Part shown: one piece after another, positions 21,811-33,106 of the stretch
How positions within the stretch are numbered: the stretch's first letter is position 1
Layout of the letters: each line of letters begins with the position of its first letter
Assembly: GCA_964019425.1 (NCBI GenBank)
Contig: OZ025788.1
Span: 1 to 64,000 of the forward strand
Direction: 5' to 3'
Source: Flectonema sp. DT1601
Lineage: Eukaryota
DNA length: 64,000 nt
Program-made: the position numbers and the translations under genes
Notes under the pieces: model-generated
Database searches by the model: none
Seen by the model: the letters and a program-made list of their open reading frames with translations, nothing else
What the model was told of the DNA's origin: nothing

Positions 21811-24800
21811 GACACCCAATGCTGACCACCTTTCCATCTGGGTTGACAACACTACGTGCTTTTAGGAAGAATGTGTGTTCACTCACACAGTCTCAACAGG
21901 TGTTTGATAACTGCGATTGAATGCCTTTTAGTTTTGAAATGTCCCTACCCCTTGCCAGGGTTTATCATGAAGCTAAACCCTGCAGATATTCCTTCTTGAG
22001 AGGACACGGAACGAGAGCGAAGGTTGAACAAGCATTGGGGTCGTTTACCTACTTGTGTTGGAAGTGTTCTATCGTGTTGGAAATGTTCTCTATTTTATTG
22101 AAATATGTCCCATTCATCAACAATAATCAAGTTTACTCTCCACACCACTTTGTTGCACTTTTTCTTGTTTGTCTGATTCCTGTGGTCACCTTCAGCTGTG
22201 TGGGTTATCAGCTTTGGTTTCGGCCTTTCGGTTCGGGAGCATGCAAGCTTCACCCCATGGTCTGGCCATTCCAACACCATACTATTCTCACCTCCCAGAA
22301 AGCCTATTTTGAGGACCCACTTGCCATTAATTACTTTGATCAGCTTCACCACAATATCTTTTGTTGCGAAGCTCGCAATTATCTGGTCCACTGGGACTCC
22401 CTTGGGATACCCTCTACCAAGAAGTATCCTTTTTCACACCTGTTCCCCACAGGTGTTCTCTACTCCGTAATTTCAATGTTTTTAAGTCCATTCTCCCCAG
22501 CCAGATCACACTTCATGGTGATTTTCCTTAGCCTGAAACAGCCCTCCTCTTCCGGAGGCACTTAAAAATAGTCTTAGATTAGTTTCTTCTATCTTGAGAA
22601 GAATCGAGAAGGTTTTAAATTCAGGAAGTTTATCGTTTGTGTACTTATGTCGGGACGATTTATAGATGTTATAATTCTTTGAAACGATGCTTATACATCA
22701 CACAATTTTGTGTGTTGAAATCAGATACGCCTTTATACTCAGCTTCAGTCAAAGCCCTCACGGTGGTTTCAGCAATAACAACGATTCCATCAGATACTTT
22801 CCAGTCAGCCATTTTGTGTATGTCACAATAAAGTACAGAAAGTAGCTATAACGCAAGCCACTATCCAATCACCCACTAACCTAACTGTCGTTTTCATGCT
22901 CTTTCCCAGGTGCAGTATAGGAAGGCTAATTACTTTTTACGAAACACTCTCGTCTTTCATTCATTGTTGTGTGTAATTATCTCAGCAGTAACTCTCGTCA
23001 TCCAATCTGATGAAGGAATCGGGACTGGTGTCTGTTGTTAGGGAGCTGCAGTATCTCTAGCAGGATTGGCCCACCATACACCAAGAAAACCGACACTCCT
23101 GATCGCGAACACGTCGGGTCTCATCTTTTTGATTTTTAATCGGCTCATCAGGAGTCCCGACCGTCTGTACTTTCATTGTAGAGATCGCGTTGGGGATTCA
23201 GACTTCTCAGATTGAGTCTTAAAGGACTGACATATATTAATTGTTCTGAAAATCAAAAAAAGAGTTAATTGCCACTTCCAGACTTTGTCAATTGAGTTCA
23301 CCAAAGTTTCTGTTTACACAAACACAATTCCATTCTCCTCTCAAAAATTGTGTAATTGCACCAGGTCTTGCCAGTTTAAAAAAAAACATAAAGGCAGAAA
23401 ACAGTTGATTAGTGTCAACAAAACTCCAAAAGTGTCCAACAATGCCATCGTCGATACGGACCTTAGGAGACCAGAATGTATTTCTATTTCTTGAAAAGAA
23501 CCAACGCCTAAGTATCGTTGCAACGTCCTCAGGACGAGCAACAGGAAAGGAAATGACGACAATCGGCACCGGCTAATGGAACGGAGGGGAATAAATATAA
23601 AAGAAAATCAAAGCACAAAGTACACGAAGTCCGGAATGGCTTTCAGGAAAAAAACATCAAAAGTTATGCCGGCAGATTGATCCCTTTCAATTTTTTCCTT
23701 TCTCACGGATTTTTTCTTTCCTTTTTTTCTTTTGAAAGCAAACAAAACGATAAACGCAACATACAAAATAGAAACGGAGAAAGAAATCCAGCAATGGTCT
23801 GTGCCCCGTGAAAAAAAAAAAAAAAAAAGACGGGAAAAAAAAATTATTTTTTCATGTAAAACCTAACTGATACAACAAAGGGGCGCAGATGTTACGAAAC
23901 CTGCACTGATGATTTGATAAAAAGATTTTTCACGACGCTAGGATGAGAACTACCAACAACCCGTTCAACAGAACGCACACTGATATTGCTACTCAACGCT
24001 ATCATCGCAAACCTTTCCACTATTTTTCTAACCAAAACCAGGAGTTTAGGTTTCAAACAAAACTAAAAGAACCGACAAGAAAGGTTTGGAAACAACTGCA
24101 CAACCACATCAACAAAACATTAATAAGAAAATAGTTTGTATTAGCTACGAAGGAGTTTAAAGTCATGCTGCCGAACACCAACTGAGTTGGTACAAACTAT
24201 TGTGAAAATTCCATAAAAAAGACGTCGTTTCCTTAGAAAGACGTCTGAAAAAAAGAAAATAGACCCGAAAAGGAACTACGATGACACCATTCCTAATTTT
24301 TTTTTTTCTCAGCGCAAGAAGAATTAGCCCTGAATGACATTAGGATTAGAGAATAAGAAGAAAAAAAAAAGAGAACAGAGAAACTCCTTGAAGTTAAAAA
24401 TAGGAAAAAAGAAGTTCCCTCACCATCTCAGAGAACGCAGATTGCTGAACGATTCAGAATCTGGAAATGCATTTTTTTTTCCTCTCGCAATGACATCACG
24501 AGAAGCTCGCAACTACAAGAAAGTGGCTGCAGTTGTAAGGGAAAAAAACAAAGAAAAAAGAACCGAAGAAGAGAGTATAAGGGAATTCTAAGGAACACTA
24601 AACGACTTCCCCATTTCACCAACTACACAACAGAAATCAGTGGCGGGTTAACGACATATGAGAAAGGAAAAAAATGAAAAAAACAGAAAAGAAGATACTC
24701 CTCAGAAGAAGTATTGCTTCATAATTATTATCAATTCACAACACCTTTGATTCACCAAGGATTTGAGATTAGGAGGGGAGCTCATAATAATGGCTCACGG

Positions 24801-25037
24801 CCAATAGCTCATCGACTAAATGATGGCTATGAAGAATAATTGATTCGCAATGTAATTAATTGTTCCTCAAGGCTAACAGAACTCAAACTCTTTCGAGTTC
24901 GATTCCGTGCCACGGTGATTCATAATCAAACACTAGCCAACACAAAACAAAAAAAATTTCTAATTTAAAAACAGTAATTCTATGGATGTTATCGGTTGCA
25001 CGAAAACCTGAACTGAACAAAAAGGCTGCCAATAAAA

Positions 25038-26738
25038 CTACGGCCTCTCAGCAAGAGGTCGAGACCGCATGCCGGAATGTGCCACCATTGAGTCTCGTGA
25101 ATTTGATCGAGGGAAACCTGTGGTACTATCCCGACTACCTCTTCTTCCTCTATTAAATCCATTAGCAGAACGATTACGAGTGATGGATCCTCCGATAGAA
25201 TTCCGTCTTTGAGAATAGCTGTGCGCCAATTCGGATGCTCGGCTGAAACTGTTAGCAGAGCCGCGTCTTGAACGGGGCTTTATAGGTTTCTTGTATTCGA
25301 AGGTTTGCCCCTGATTGCTGTTTTGAATCACAAACGCGACATCTTTCTCACCACTCTTCAAAGCATATCTGAGTGCGGTGTGACCCGCTCTGTCAGAAGC
25401 GTTCGCATCAACTCCAAGAAAAAGAAGAGCAGAACAAGTATCAGAATGTCCAAAGCGAGCAGCGTAGTGCAAAGCAGTGCTGCCAGCCTCATCAACTGCA
25501 TTTACAACAGCACCTGCACCATGAAGGAAGAACACACACTCTGCTGATCCTTTCTTTGACACTAAATGTATAGGAGAAGCACCAGCTTTATTTGTTGCGT
25601 TCAAATCAGCTCCGGCCTCATGCAACATGCGAAGCGCCTCAGTGTTCAGTGCCTTTGCAGCAGTGTGAATAGGTGTTGAACCGTCAACAGCGCGTGTTTC
25701 TATTGCAGCTCCTTCCTTTAGTAAGATAGACATCACTTCAACGTTTCCAAACATCGCAGCTTTGTGTAATGGAGTCTGTCCATCAGTTGTTGTCGCATGG
25801 ATATCAGAACCCAATTTAATTAAAGCTTCACAACATTCAGTTTTCCCATTAACAGCTGCAAGGTGAAGTGCTGTTGATCCCACCGCTTTCTTATTTACGT
25901 CAGCACCCAAGTCTACCAGTAATTCTACTGTCGTCGCATTACCATTCGTCGCGGCGTAGTGAAGCGGAGTGGTACCCCAACCGTTTTTTATTGTAACACT
26001 AACACCATTGCTATGGAGTTGTCTAATTATGTGATCTTCTCCATTCGAAGCAGCTGTAAACATGTCTGCCTCAGCAGATTGTTTGTTTTTAGATGGGGTG
26101 ACGGTGTCTAAAAGAGGAGATGCTTCGCTACCATCTTCAGACACAGCGTGAGCACCGAAATATGGATCCGGGTTGATAGAATCTCCGAGTCCTCCTCCAT
26201 CGGAAGCTATCGATTGCCGTCTGTGGAGTAAGACATCGTAAGTTGATCCTTCCCTTGACATCGTAGCTTTCTTAAAATCACCATTTCTGTGTGTGACTTC
26301 TACAAGTTCGCAAATCATTTCTGCACCAATTTGTTTGTGGAGAGCGTTCCAAAGAGAGTCAGTTATCATTTCAAGTGATATGGATCTCGCTAGGGCGTCG
26401 ATGTGTTTGTGACATGTTAAAGATTCATTCTTCACTCCCTGATGATGACATTCGAGTACTGCATTTGAGTCAAAGTCAGCCTCGTTAGCTTTAGCTTCGT
26501 CAATCCTTGAGTCATGAGTGAGCTTGTTCTTCATCATCGTCCTGTAAATACCAACAGCTTTCTTCCATTCATCACACTTTCCGTGGACTCCAACTTCGAT
26601 ATCAAACTCTCTCGGAGGCTTTCCTTTATTTTTAGGAGGATCTATCTGAGGCATTGCCGCCCTACTTTTTACCAACTGAGGACGTTGTTGAACATTACTT
26701 CGGCTCTTGGGCGGTGGTTCGGACGCGCAATTTCCCAT
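25038..26738 (-). CDS. Ankyrin-repeat protein with a predicted N-myristoyl/palmitoyl motif (MGNC), 566 aa
   Basis: About 7 G-x-TPLH-x-AA ankyrin repeats; intronless ORF; upstream TACTAACGACAG acceptor-like sequence. Confidence 0.92.
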   Translation of the reverse strand: MGNCASEPPPKSRSNVQQRPQLVKSRAAMPQIDPPKNKGKPPREFDIEVGVHGKCDEWKKAVGIYRTMMKNKLTHDSRIDEAKANEADFDSNAVLECHHQGVKNESLTCHKHIDALARSISLEMITDSLWNALHKQIGAEMICELVEVTHRNGDFKKATMSREGSTYDVLLHRRQSIASDGGGLGDSINPDPYFGAHAVSEDGSEASPLLDTVTPSKNKQSAEADMFTAASNGEDHIIRQLHSNGVSVTIKNGWGTTPLHYAATNGNATTVELLVDLGADVNKKAVGSTALHLAAVNGKTECCEALIKLGSDIHATTTDGQTPLHKAAMFGNVEVMSILLKEGAAIETRAVDGSTPIHTAAKALNTEALRMLHEAGADLNATNKAGASPIHLVSKKGSAECVFFLHGAGAVVNAVDEAGSTALHYAARFGHSDTCSALLFLGVDANASDRAGHTALRYALKSGEKDVAFVIQNSNQGQTFEYKKPIKPRSRRGSANSFSRASELAHSYSQRRNSIGGSITRNRSANGFNRGRRGSRDSTTGFPRSNSRDSMVAHSGMRSRPLAERP

Positions 26739-26998
26739 AATATTTATATATCTGTCGTTAGTAATAATATGATAAGAAAAAAAAGATTACTTGGACATCC
26801 CCTCTCGTGAAAAGCTTTCCAGCCAGCTCGTCAACGACTATATCTGATATTTTAGAAATATCATTAACGAATTGTGGCTCATCAAGAGTCTGTGAGTGAA
26901 TTGCTCGAGAACGAACTCGGCTGTAGTTACACTATATATAAAAGAGTTGGATAGTAGGAAGTTTTCAAATAACGAAAGCGGAAAGAACGCTTTACGGT

Positions 26999-29479
26999 TT
27001 ATTTGTTTTTATTTTTTTGAGAGGATCGCACGCTTCCCGATTTCATCATATCCTTCAACGCTACCCATCCTTTTGACCTCTCATGGTTTGCCTGATCAGC
27101 GATGAATTCCTGAAGTTCCTCAGGGTCGACCTTCAACTTTCGAAGAACAGCAAACTCTCCTGGTGTAGTCCACGGGGTTTGTTTTGAAATGAGAGGAGGC
27201 ACATTGCGGTATCCATCTCCCTGTCTAAATTGACCAATGTCAACTTGCTGCTCGTGACCAAGTCTCATTCTGGCCCACACGCAACGTCTGATGACTTCTA
27301 TAACAGACGTACATAAAACTAACATTTCCGTATTCGCCTTGTCGTTAAGCCCGAGTAGCTTTGGTTGCGTGAGAGTGAAGGCCCACGCACAACGTCCCAC
27401 AAGATTCAGAAGTACGAGAAAGTAGTAAAATAATTTATTTGCTGGAGTCAACTCAACAGAAGTCCTCCTCCAAACAAGACCAAAGGCGAATGGCTTCAGA
27501 CCTCTCGGTGGAAACGAGTCTCTCTTCCACAGTCCCCAATCCATAAACAAGTCCCAAATAAAAGAGTAGGCAGTACTGATTATCAGAAATATCAAATTAG
27601 CGTAAAAGTTCTCAAAAATCGAAGAGAAGAAGATAGGAGCTAATGAACAGACATACTTCAAAGTGTTCAATCCGTGAGGTATAAGAATAAAACGGGCAAG
27701 ACGGTTACGTTTTTTTGCAAGACAGGTTTTCTGGAATCCAGTTTCAGGCACCGTACAGGTAGCTTGAAGAGTGTACCTATCAAGCCTGACTAATTCCATT
27801 TGTTTTGGATGAGGTGATGAAGGACCCGTCAATTCACATCTGTAAGAGTGTCCTCCAAACTTTCCAGCAGTACCGTCTTCAGTTGCTATCAACTCTCCGA
27901 CTTCATCATGTGATTTTAATAAGGTTTTCTTAATTCCTTTCTCATTTTCTGTTATTATTGTAGCTGTGCTACTGGTTCCCGATATATCCCATGTTCCGCA
28001 TAACTTCTCCAAATCCCTCTGAGGGGACGGCTGCTCAATGTCCTCCTTTCGCTTCCTTCTGTGTTTCAAGATATGAAGATACGGATCGATAACAGCCTTC
28101 CTAACACATTGCATAAATCTAATAGAAAGCGGCAATAGAGCGCAGAGTTCAGCAACAAATGTTGGAAGTTGGTAGTTCGAAGGAGTAGCATAGGAACACA
28201 CAACATACCAGGCAGCGACAACGTCCGAAATAGGTTTCACCATGGAAGTCATGAAATCCGTTACAAAGTTAGCAGCGAATGTTACCTTTGAGACAGCAGG
28301 TGTAGCAAATACCAAAGCGACTGTCTTGAGCAACCACCACCTACTCGACCTGTGAAAGAAGTCCAGTGGGAACAAGAACACCGCTGCAGGAACAACCGTA
28401 TGAAATGAAATATAACTAAGCGGATCCTCAAACCCCAACAGTGGCACTACAACTCCACACTTGACGTGAAGAAGGTACACAGCGAATATTACTAGAGAAA
28501 ATGAAACAAAAAAACAGCTTATTTTCATCAAATGCGCACTGCTGATCGTCTCTCCTGTCAAACCCAATAAGTATGGATAGTTGATACGACGCTTATCCAT
28601 GACGTGCATCACAAGTGCCCAACACACAAGTGCGATTTCAATTACAAAGTATCCACGAAATAGAGGGACAACTGGCCAGAAATGAATCGATTCGTCATAA
28701 CTAGGAATCGGTGTAGCGTACAGGATAACATACATAATTACGATGGAGAAACTCGTGGCAGTACCGGCGTACAATCCAAGTAAGAATATATCGATCGGGG
28801 GAGTTGGAAGATCCATTCGTCGTCGGGAGAGAAGTGCTTCCGCCTCTTCTTGCTTAACAATTTGAGTGTGATGACCTCTCGAGATACCAGCTATATCACA
28901 GTTGTGATTATGTAAAAACGTTGCATATCGTTCGACAATGGGTCTCATCTCCGAGCCAAGGAGTCTCGGCTGACGAAAATCACGAGTCTCTATTCTATAC
29001 ATTTCATACCGCGAGGATATCCGCATCTTATCATCGTAGGATAGGAGAGCTTCTGCTCGATCGTAAAGCACTCTGTGCCAATATTGAAAAACTTGCAATT
29101 GCAGGAGCCCCCTGTAGTGATCTTCCACAACTTTTGTTAGAATGTTAAAAGTCTTGTCGGACTTTTTCAGAGTTGACTCAATTTGTCCTTCGTAATCAGT
29201 GAGCGTGGCTTGGAGTGGCTTCCAGTGTGCCTTCAAGAGATTCAACTGTTTCGTAAATGCATCTCTGGGTCTGACAATTGCCTCCTCAAAAATAGAATCC
29301 ATCAAAAGCGACATCCCTTCGTCACCCCCATCACCTTTGTGTCGCTCGCAATGTCGGAGCAAGTCCCTTGCATCTGCGTAATTCGCACGCCATGTGTCGT
29401 CGACTTCGCCATCTCGTTGCCCTTCAAATTGCCTGACGAAAGTTTCATTTTCGTCACTGTGCCACCATCGCCATCCCAT
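26999..29479 (-). CDS. EXS-domain membrane protein (XPR1/SYG1/PHO1 family); N-terminus may extend upstream
   Basis: Multiple TM segments; EXS motifs DFMTS, IRFMQC, NTLKY, WDLFMDWGL, GRCAW, EVIRRCVW..RL.HEQ. The frame is open upstream to ~29560. Confidence 0.85.
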   Translation of the reverse strand: MGWRWWHSDENETFVRQFEGQRDGEVDDTWRANYADARDLLRHCERHKGDGGDEGMSLLMDSIFEEAIVRPRDAFTKQLNLLKAHWKPLQATLTDYEGQIESTLKKSDKTFNILTKVVEDHYRGLLQLQVFQYWHRVLYDRAEALLSYDDKMRISSRYEMYRIETRDFRQPRLLGSEMRPIVERYATFLHNHNCDIAGISRGHHTQIVKQEEAEALLSRRRMDLPTPPIDIFLLGLYAGTATSFSIVIMYVILYATPIPSYDESIHFWPVVPLFRGYFVIEIALVCWALVMHVMDKRRINYPYLLGLTGETISSAHLMKISCFFVSFSLVIFAVYLLHVKCGVVVPLLGFEDPLSYISFHTVVPAAVFLFPLDFFHRSSRWWLLKTVALVFATPAVSKVTFAANFVTDFMTSMVKPISDVVAAWYVVCSYATPSNYQLPTFVAELCALLPLSIRFMQCVRKAVIDPYLHILKHRRKRKEDIEQPSPQRDLEKLCGTWDISGTSSTATIITENEKGIKKTLLKSHDEVGELIATEDGTAGKFGGHSYRCELTGPSSPHPKQMELVRLDRYTLQATCTVPETGFQKTCLAKKRNRLARFILIPHGLNTLKYVCSLAPIFFSSIFENFYANLIFLIISTAYSFIWDLFMDWGLWKRDSFPPRGLKPFAFGLVWRRTSVELTPANKLFYYFLVLLNLVGRCAWAFTLTQPKLLGLNDKANTEMLVLCTSVIEVIRRCVWARMRLGHEQQVDIGQFRQGDGYRNVPPLISKQTPWTTPGEFAVLRKLKVDPEELQEFIADQANHERSKGWVALKDMMKSGSVRSSQKNKNK

Positions 29480-29535
29480 TTCAGCTGTGTCAAACTGTGA
29501 ACTGATTTTTTCCCCAAAGAAACTAACCGGAATCG

Positions 29536-29938
29536 GTCCTACTGGGGTATATGGAAAAGGCTAAAGGTCCGCACCTATAAGTAACAGGTAGCGAGAGTGA
29601 AAGCAGCTAATGCCGGAGTTGGAAAATAGCCACACATCCTGAAATTGGACTATTGCGTGACTATTTTTCATTCCGTTGCTGCTCTTCTGGCGACTTACCA
29701 CATGTTTCCCGTGTTGTTTTCAATTGTCAGACTTAAGACAAACATGAAAGTAAAAGAACAAAGAGTTCGGCAGCACAGATGAGTGTAACCAAAAAAAAGA
29801 CGAAAATGTTTTATAAAAAAAGCACGTAAAGAAATAGAAAAAAGCATGCCTTTAATCGGGCGTATTAAGGGTATAACAACTGATCTTGACCAGGCAAGAC
29901 TATCGTCCTACTGGGGAAAATGGAAAGGCCAAAAGGTG
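29536..29938. repeat. Pair of ~35-bp imperfect direct repeats (29536-29568 and 29905-29937)
   Basis: gtcctactggggtatatggaaaaggctaaaggt versus gtcctactggggaaaatggaaaggccaaaaggt. Confidence 0.7.
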
Positions 29939-30022
29939 CACACATGAATGGAATTTTTTTTCATTTTTTTCGTTTATTCTATTCATTGAACCTAAATAAA
30001 TAAAAGGACTTTTTGTAATATC

Positions 30023-30094
30023 GGCTTAGTGGTCTAGTGGCATGATTCTCGCTTTGGGTGCGAGAGGTCCAGAGTTCGATTCTCTGCTGAGCCC
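30023..30094 (+). tRNA. tRNA-Pro(UGG): tRNA-Pro, anticodon UGG
   Basis: Acceptor stem GGCTTAG/CTGAGCC; D arm TGGTCTAGTGG; anticodon arm CTCGC-TTTGGGT-GCGAG; T arm CAGAG-TTCGATT-CTCTG. Confidence 0.95.
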
Positions 30095-30104
30095 TTTTTT
30101 TTTT
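30095..30104 (+). terminator. RNA polymerase III oligo-T terminator of tRNA-Pro
   Basis: T10 run directly after the discriminator base. Confidence 0.8.
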
Positions 30105-30156
30105 AATACTGTTTTCTTCGTTTTTAAAGTGTAAAAATGGAAAGAACACTTCTGAT

Positions 30157-31239
30157 TCAATTCCGCAGTTCTGCAATACGCACATTTTTTATCTCTTCCC
30201 ATATGAGTCCTTTGATCTCGTCAGCGGGCTCTTGCCATGAAAAGGTACCCTTGTTGCAAGTTGGGCAATCTTCATCAGTCAGCAGTAACAATTCAAAGAA
30301 TGGGTGTGTCAGTGCTTCTGCTGCTGAAAGACGTTTCTTTGGTGAGAAAACAAGCAGCTTGGAAATGAGGTCGATGCAGTTGGACGGGACCCCTGTTAGA
30401 GATTCCTCAAGTGTCGGAGCTGTTGGAACATGACTCAGAAGACTTCGGAATTTTGATATGTTTTCTTCAGTGGCCCCAGCATCTCGCAAGTCTTCCTCAG
30501 TTGGATGCCCCAACATTGCTACAATATCACGCAGCAGTCGCTCAGATGGATTTCCCTCTTCTTGCGGCTCTTTCAAAGGAATCTCAAAGTACTTCTTTCT
30601 AGTCACCAACTGTAACAACAGCAAACCTGCAGCCCACATATCTGAAGCGTTTGTTGTTTTGATTATACGGGCTGCAGGCCCGCTGGAATATGCTGTTTGG
30701 AATTGCAATGAGAACACAAGAACTTCAGGAGGACGGTAGTGGAACCTTTCAAGTTTTGGAATGGTTGTGTGCGTGAGCATAGTTTCACAATCTTGCCTGA
30801 TGGCCACTTTGCGGGGTTCCACAAACCCTGGAAAACCACCAGCACTGTGGGCAAATTTAATTGCTCGAAGAATCAAAGCACTTATATAAGTCCAATGTTC
30901 AGGTGTCAAAGTCTGTTTTGACAAAATAATATTTTCGAGATCTGTATCAAGTGCAGGTGTAACAACATAAATATCAAAGCTGTCAATATCACAAAAATAA
31001 ATATCAACAATATTCTCAATCCCTTCAAACTGCATGTGTTTGAGCATGAGTATGTCCTTTAAAAGAAGCTTTCCGTCAGCAGTGTTCTGCAAAGCATTCT
31101 CATAACGCTGCACTGAAAGTTGTTTTCCTTCTTTATTCCTTACTATGTTCCTATCTGTGTTACATCTAGTGCGTTTGGTGATAGTGTACCGTTTAGGTAT
31201 GTACATCATCAATGTGTCCCATACCTTGCCTGGAAACAT
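30157..31239 (-). CDS. MAPK-like (CMGC) pseudokinase, 360 aa
   Basis: MAPK-like segments (DTDLENII, LTPEH..YI...ILRAIKFAHSAG, YRPPEV, DMWAAG, LGHPTEED, LLVFSPKKRLSAAEALTHPFF), but no HRD, DFG or Gly-loop. Confidence 0.82.
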   Translation of the reverse strand: MFPGKVWDTLMMYIPKRYTITKRTRCNTDRNIVRNKEGKQLSVQRYENALQNTADGKLLLKDILMLKHMQFEGIENIVDIYFCDIDSFDIYVVTPALDTDLENIILSKQTLTPEHWTYISALILRAIKFAHSAGGFPGFVEPRKVAIRQDCETMLTHTTIPKLERFHYRPPEVLVFSLQFQTAYSSGPAARIIKTTNASDMWAAGLLLLQLVTRKKYFEIPLKEPQEEGNPSERLLRDIVAMLGHPTEEDLRDAGATEENISKFRSLLSHVPTAPTLEESLTGVPSNCIDLISKLLVFSPKKRLSAAEALTHPFFELLLLTDEDCPTCNKGTFSWQEPADEIKGLIWEEIKNVRIAELRN

Positions 31240-31328
31240 AATTTAAATAGTCAAAGTCAATTCAATAAAACATTTAAAGAACGTTCGATGGTAATAACAA
31301 CACATGGATGTTGTTCAGAAACAATTTC

Positions 31329-33003
31329 TTACTGACAGTTGCTCAACTGCAAAAACACAGCATCATACAAATCAATAGTAACAGATACCGTACCATTGTT
31401 GAAAAAGAGAGTGCTGTTGTCCCAGGCATCCATCGTGTGAGTCAACTCTGAACACCTGCCGAGGGTAATGTCAAATATAGAAACAGAAAGCGTGATCTCA
31501 GAGTCTTCACCAGTATTGAAGAATGCTGCATAGTATGTCCCCTCCACTGAAGTACTTTCAGCAGCCCATATCGAAGATGAAATGACACCACTGGAAGGAG
31601 AGATCGAAGAAGACACCTGACGGTTGAACTTTGAATGAGAATTCACAGAGAGAAGAAATTCGTTAGTCAAAAGAGATAATGTGAACCCAGCATCATGCTG
31701 GTCATGAAGCATTGTAGCAGCACCACCAAACATTAAAGGAGATCTTGCAATGCACCACAATGCCATTTGAGTTCGTTGCTGTGGTTTAGTTAAAGAAGTC
31801 CACTTCGAAGGACCGACAGCAGTATTGACTTCTGTGATGTAACCGAAAGGTAACATATCCAAGTCTGGCCATGATTTTCCATTCAATCCAGCTGCTTCAA
31901 TTTTTGAAGCAGCTGCATGTTCAGCCGCGACAATGAAATGACGTCTGATATCAATCCAATTATCCCAATCATCATTAGTGATTCTGTACATGTTAGAAAT
32001 TGATGAAATAGTATTCGCATGTTCAGAAGGACTCTTGTAATCCCCAGGACTCAACGACAACACCATCGGCTGTGATGAGCGTGGTTTTATCACCTCCGCT
32101 GCAGCTTCTATCTGAGACAGTTCAAAGCTACCTCCATACACACAGTCGTATTTTATAAAATCAACTCCCCACTCAGCATACTGATTGAATAAAGATTTCT
32201 CAAACGCAGTTCCTGCAGGATTTGTAAAATTAATACTTGCGAACCCTGAGTACCACGGACAGACTTGATTATCCATGTAGATGTCAGATGTTGTCGCCCC
32301 TCCTCCACCCAGAATTGGTACATCCGCGATTTTTGCTTGGTGAGATATTCCTGTTGTTCTTTATAAGAAATCAGAGTACAACTACACAGAGGAGGGATCA
32401 TGTCTAAATTCCATTTACTGTAACTATAAATAACATAGTGAAGTCTCCAAATCTCCAAAAAATGGCCAAATCCCATCTTTATTATTTCCAAAGTTGTTAT
32501 ACTCCAAATTTTTTATACACCATGTTATTTATAGTTACAGTATTATTATTTAAATAATACTGTAACTAGAAATAACATGGTGATAACTATATTATAATAA
32601 AGCACTAATCATGTCATGTTTAATCAGGCTAATACAAACCTCTCATTATATGAATACCAAACTTCAGTCTCATGGAGTGAATCTGATCAGCCAGCCACTT
32701 AAATCCTGTGCCATTCTGACTGTGAGGGAATCTGTGTGGGTCGGGTAGTGGTCTACCATAGTCGTCAATGTACGTGTGGGATTTATTCGTGATGTCAACG
32801 TACCATAAATAGTCAATGACGATATATTCGTATCCGTGTGGAAGTAGATCTTTTTGAACTGCTTTGGCATTCTCAAGAACCTGTTCTTCGTTAACAGACC
32901 AGCAATAGCTGTCGTAACTATTCCAACCTCGTGGAGGTGTTTGTGCAATCGATGCGTTGCATCCGACTACCACAACGAAGGCAATCAAACTAACGAAAAT
33001 CAT
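31329..33003 (-). CDS. Secreted glycoside hydrolase family 27 (alpha-galactosidase-like), 2 exons: 33003-32640 and 32350-31329
   Basis: Signal peptide; motifs TPPRGWNSYD, YIVIDYLW, LKFGIHIMRG|ISHQ, WGVDFIKYDC, MYRITNDDWD, WPDLDMLPFG. GT-AG intron 32639-32351 restores the frame. Confidence 0.92.
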
Positions 33004-33106
33004 TTAATGAACCTGATAAAACAGTTATGGGAAGTTACAATATCTAACAGCTCCACTTACAGCTGAGAGCATCACGTAAATAAATTCGCTTCTGTTCGTT
33101 GATTGC

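Noticed and set aside
21921..22565. 214-aa plus ORF and short minus ORFs, possibly a decayed retroelement ORF1
   Set aside because: No recognisable motif and interrupted frames; no call can be supported without a homology search.
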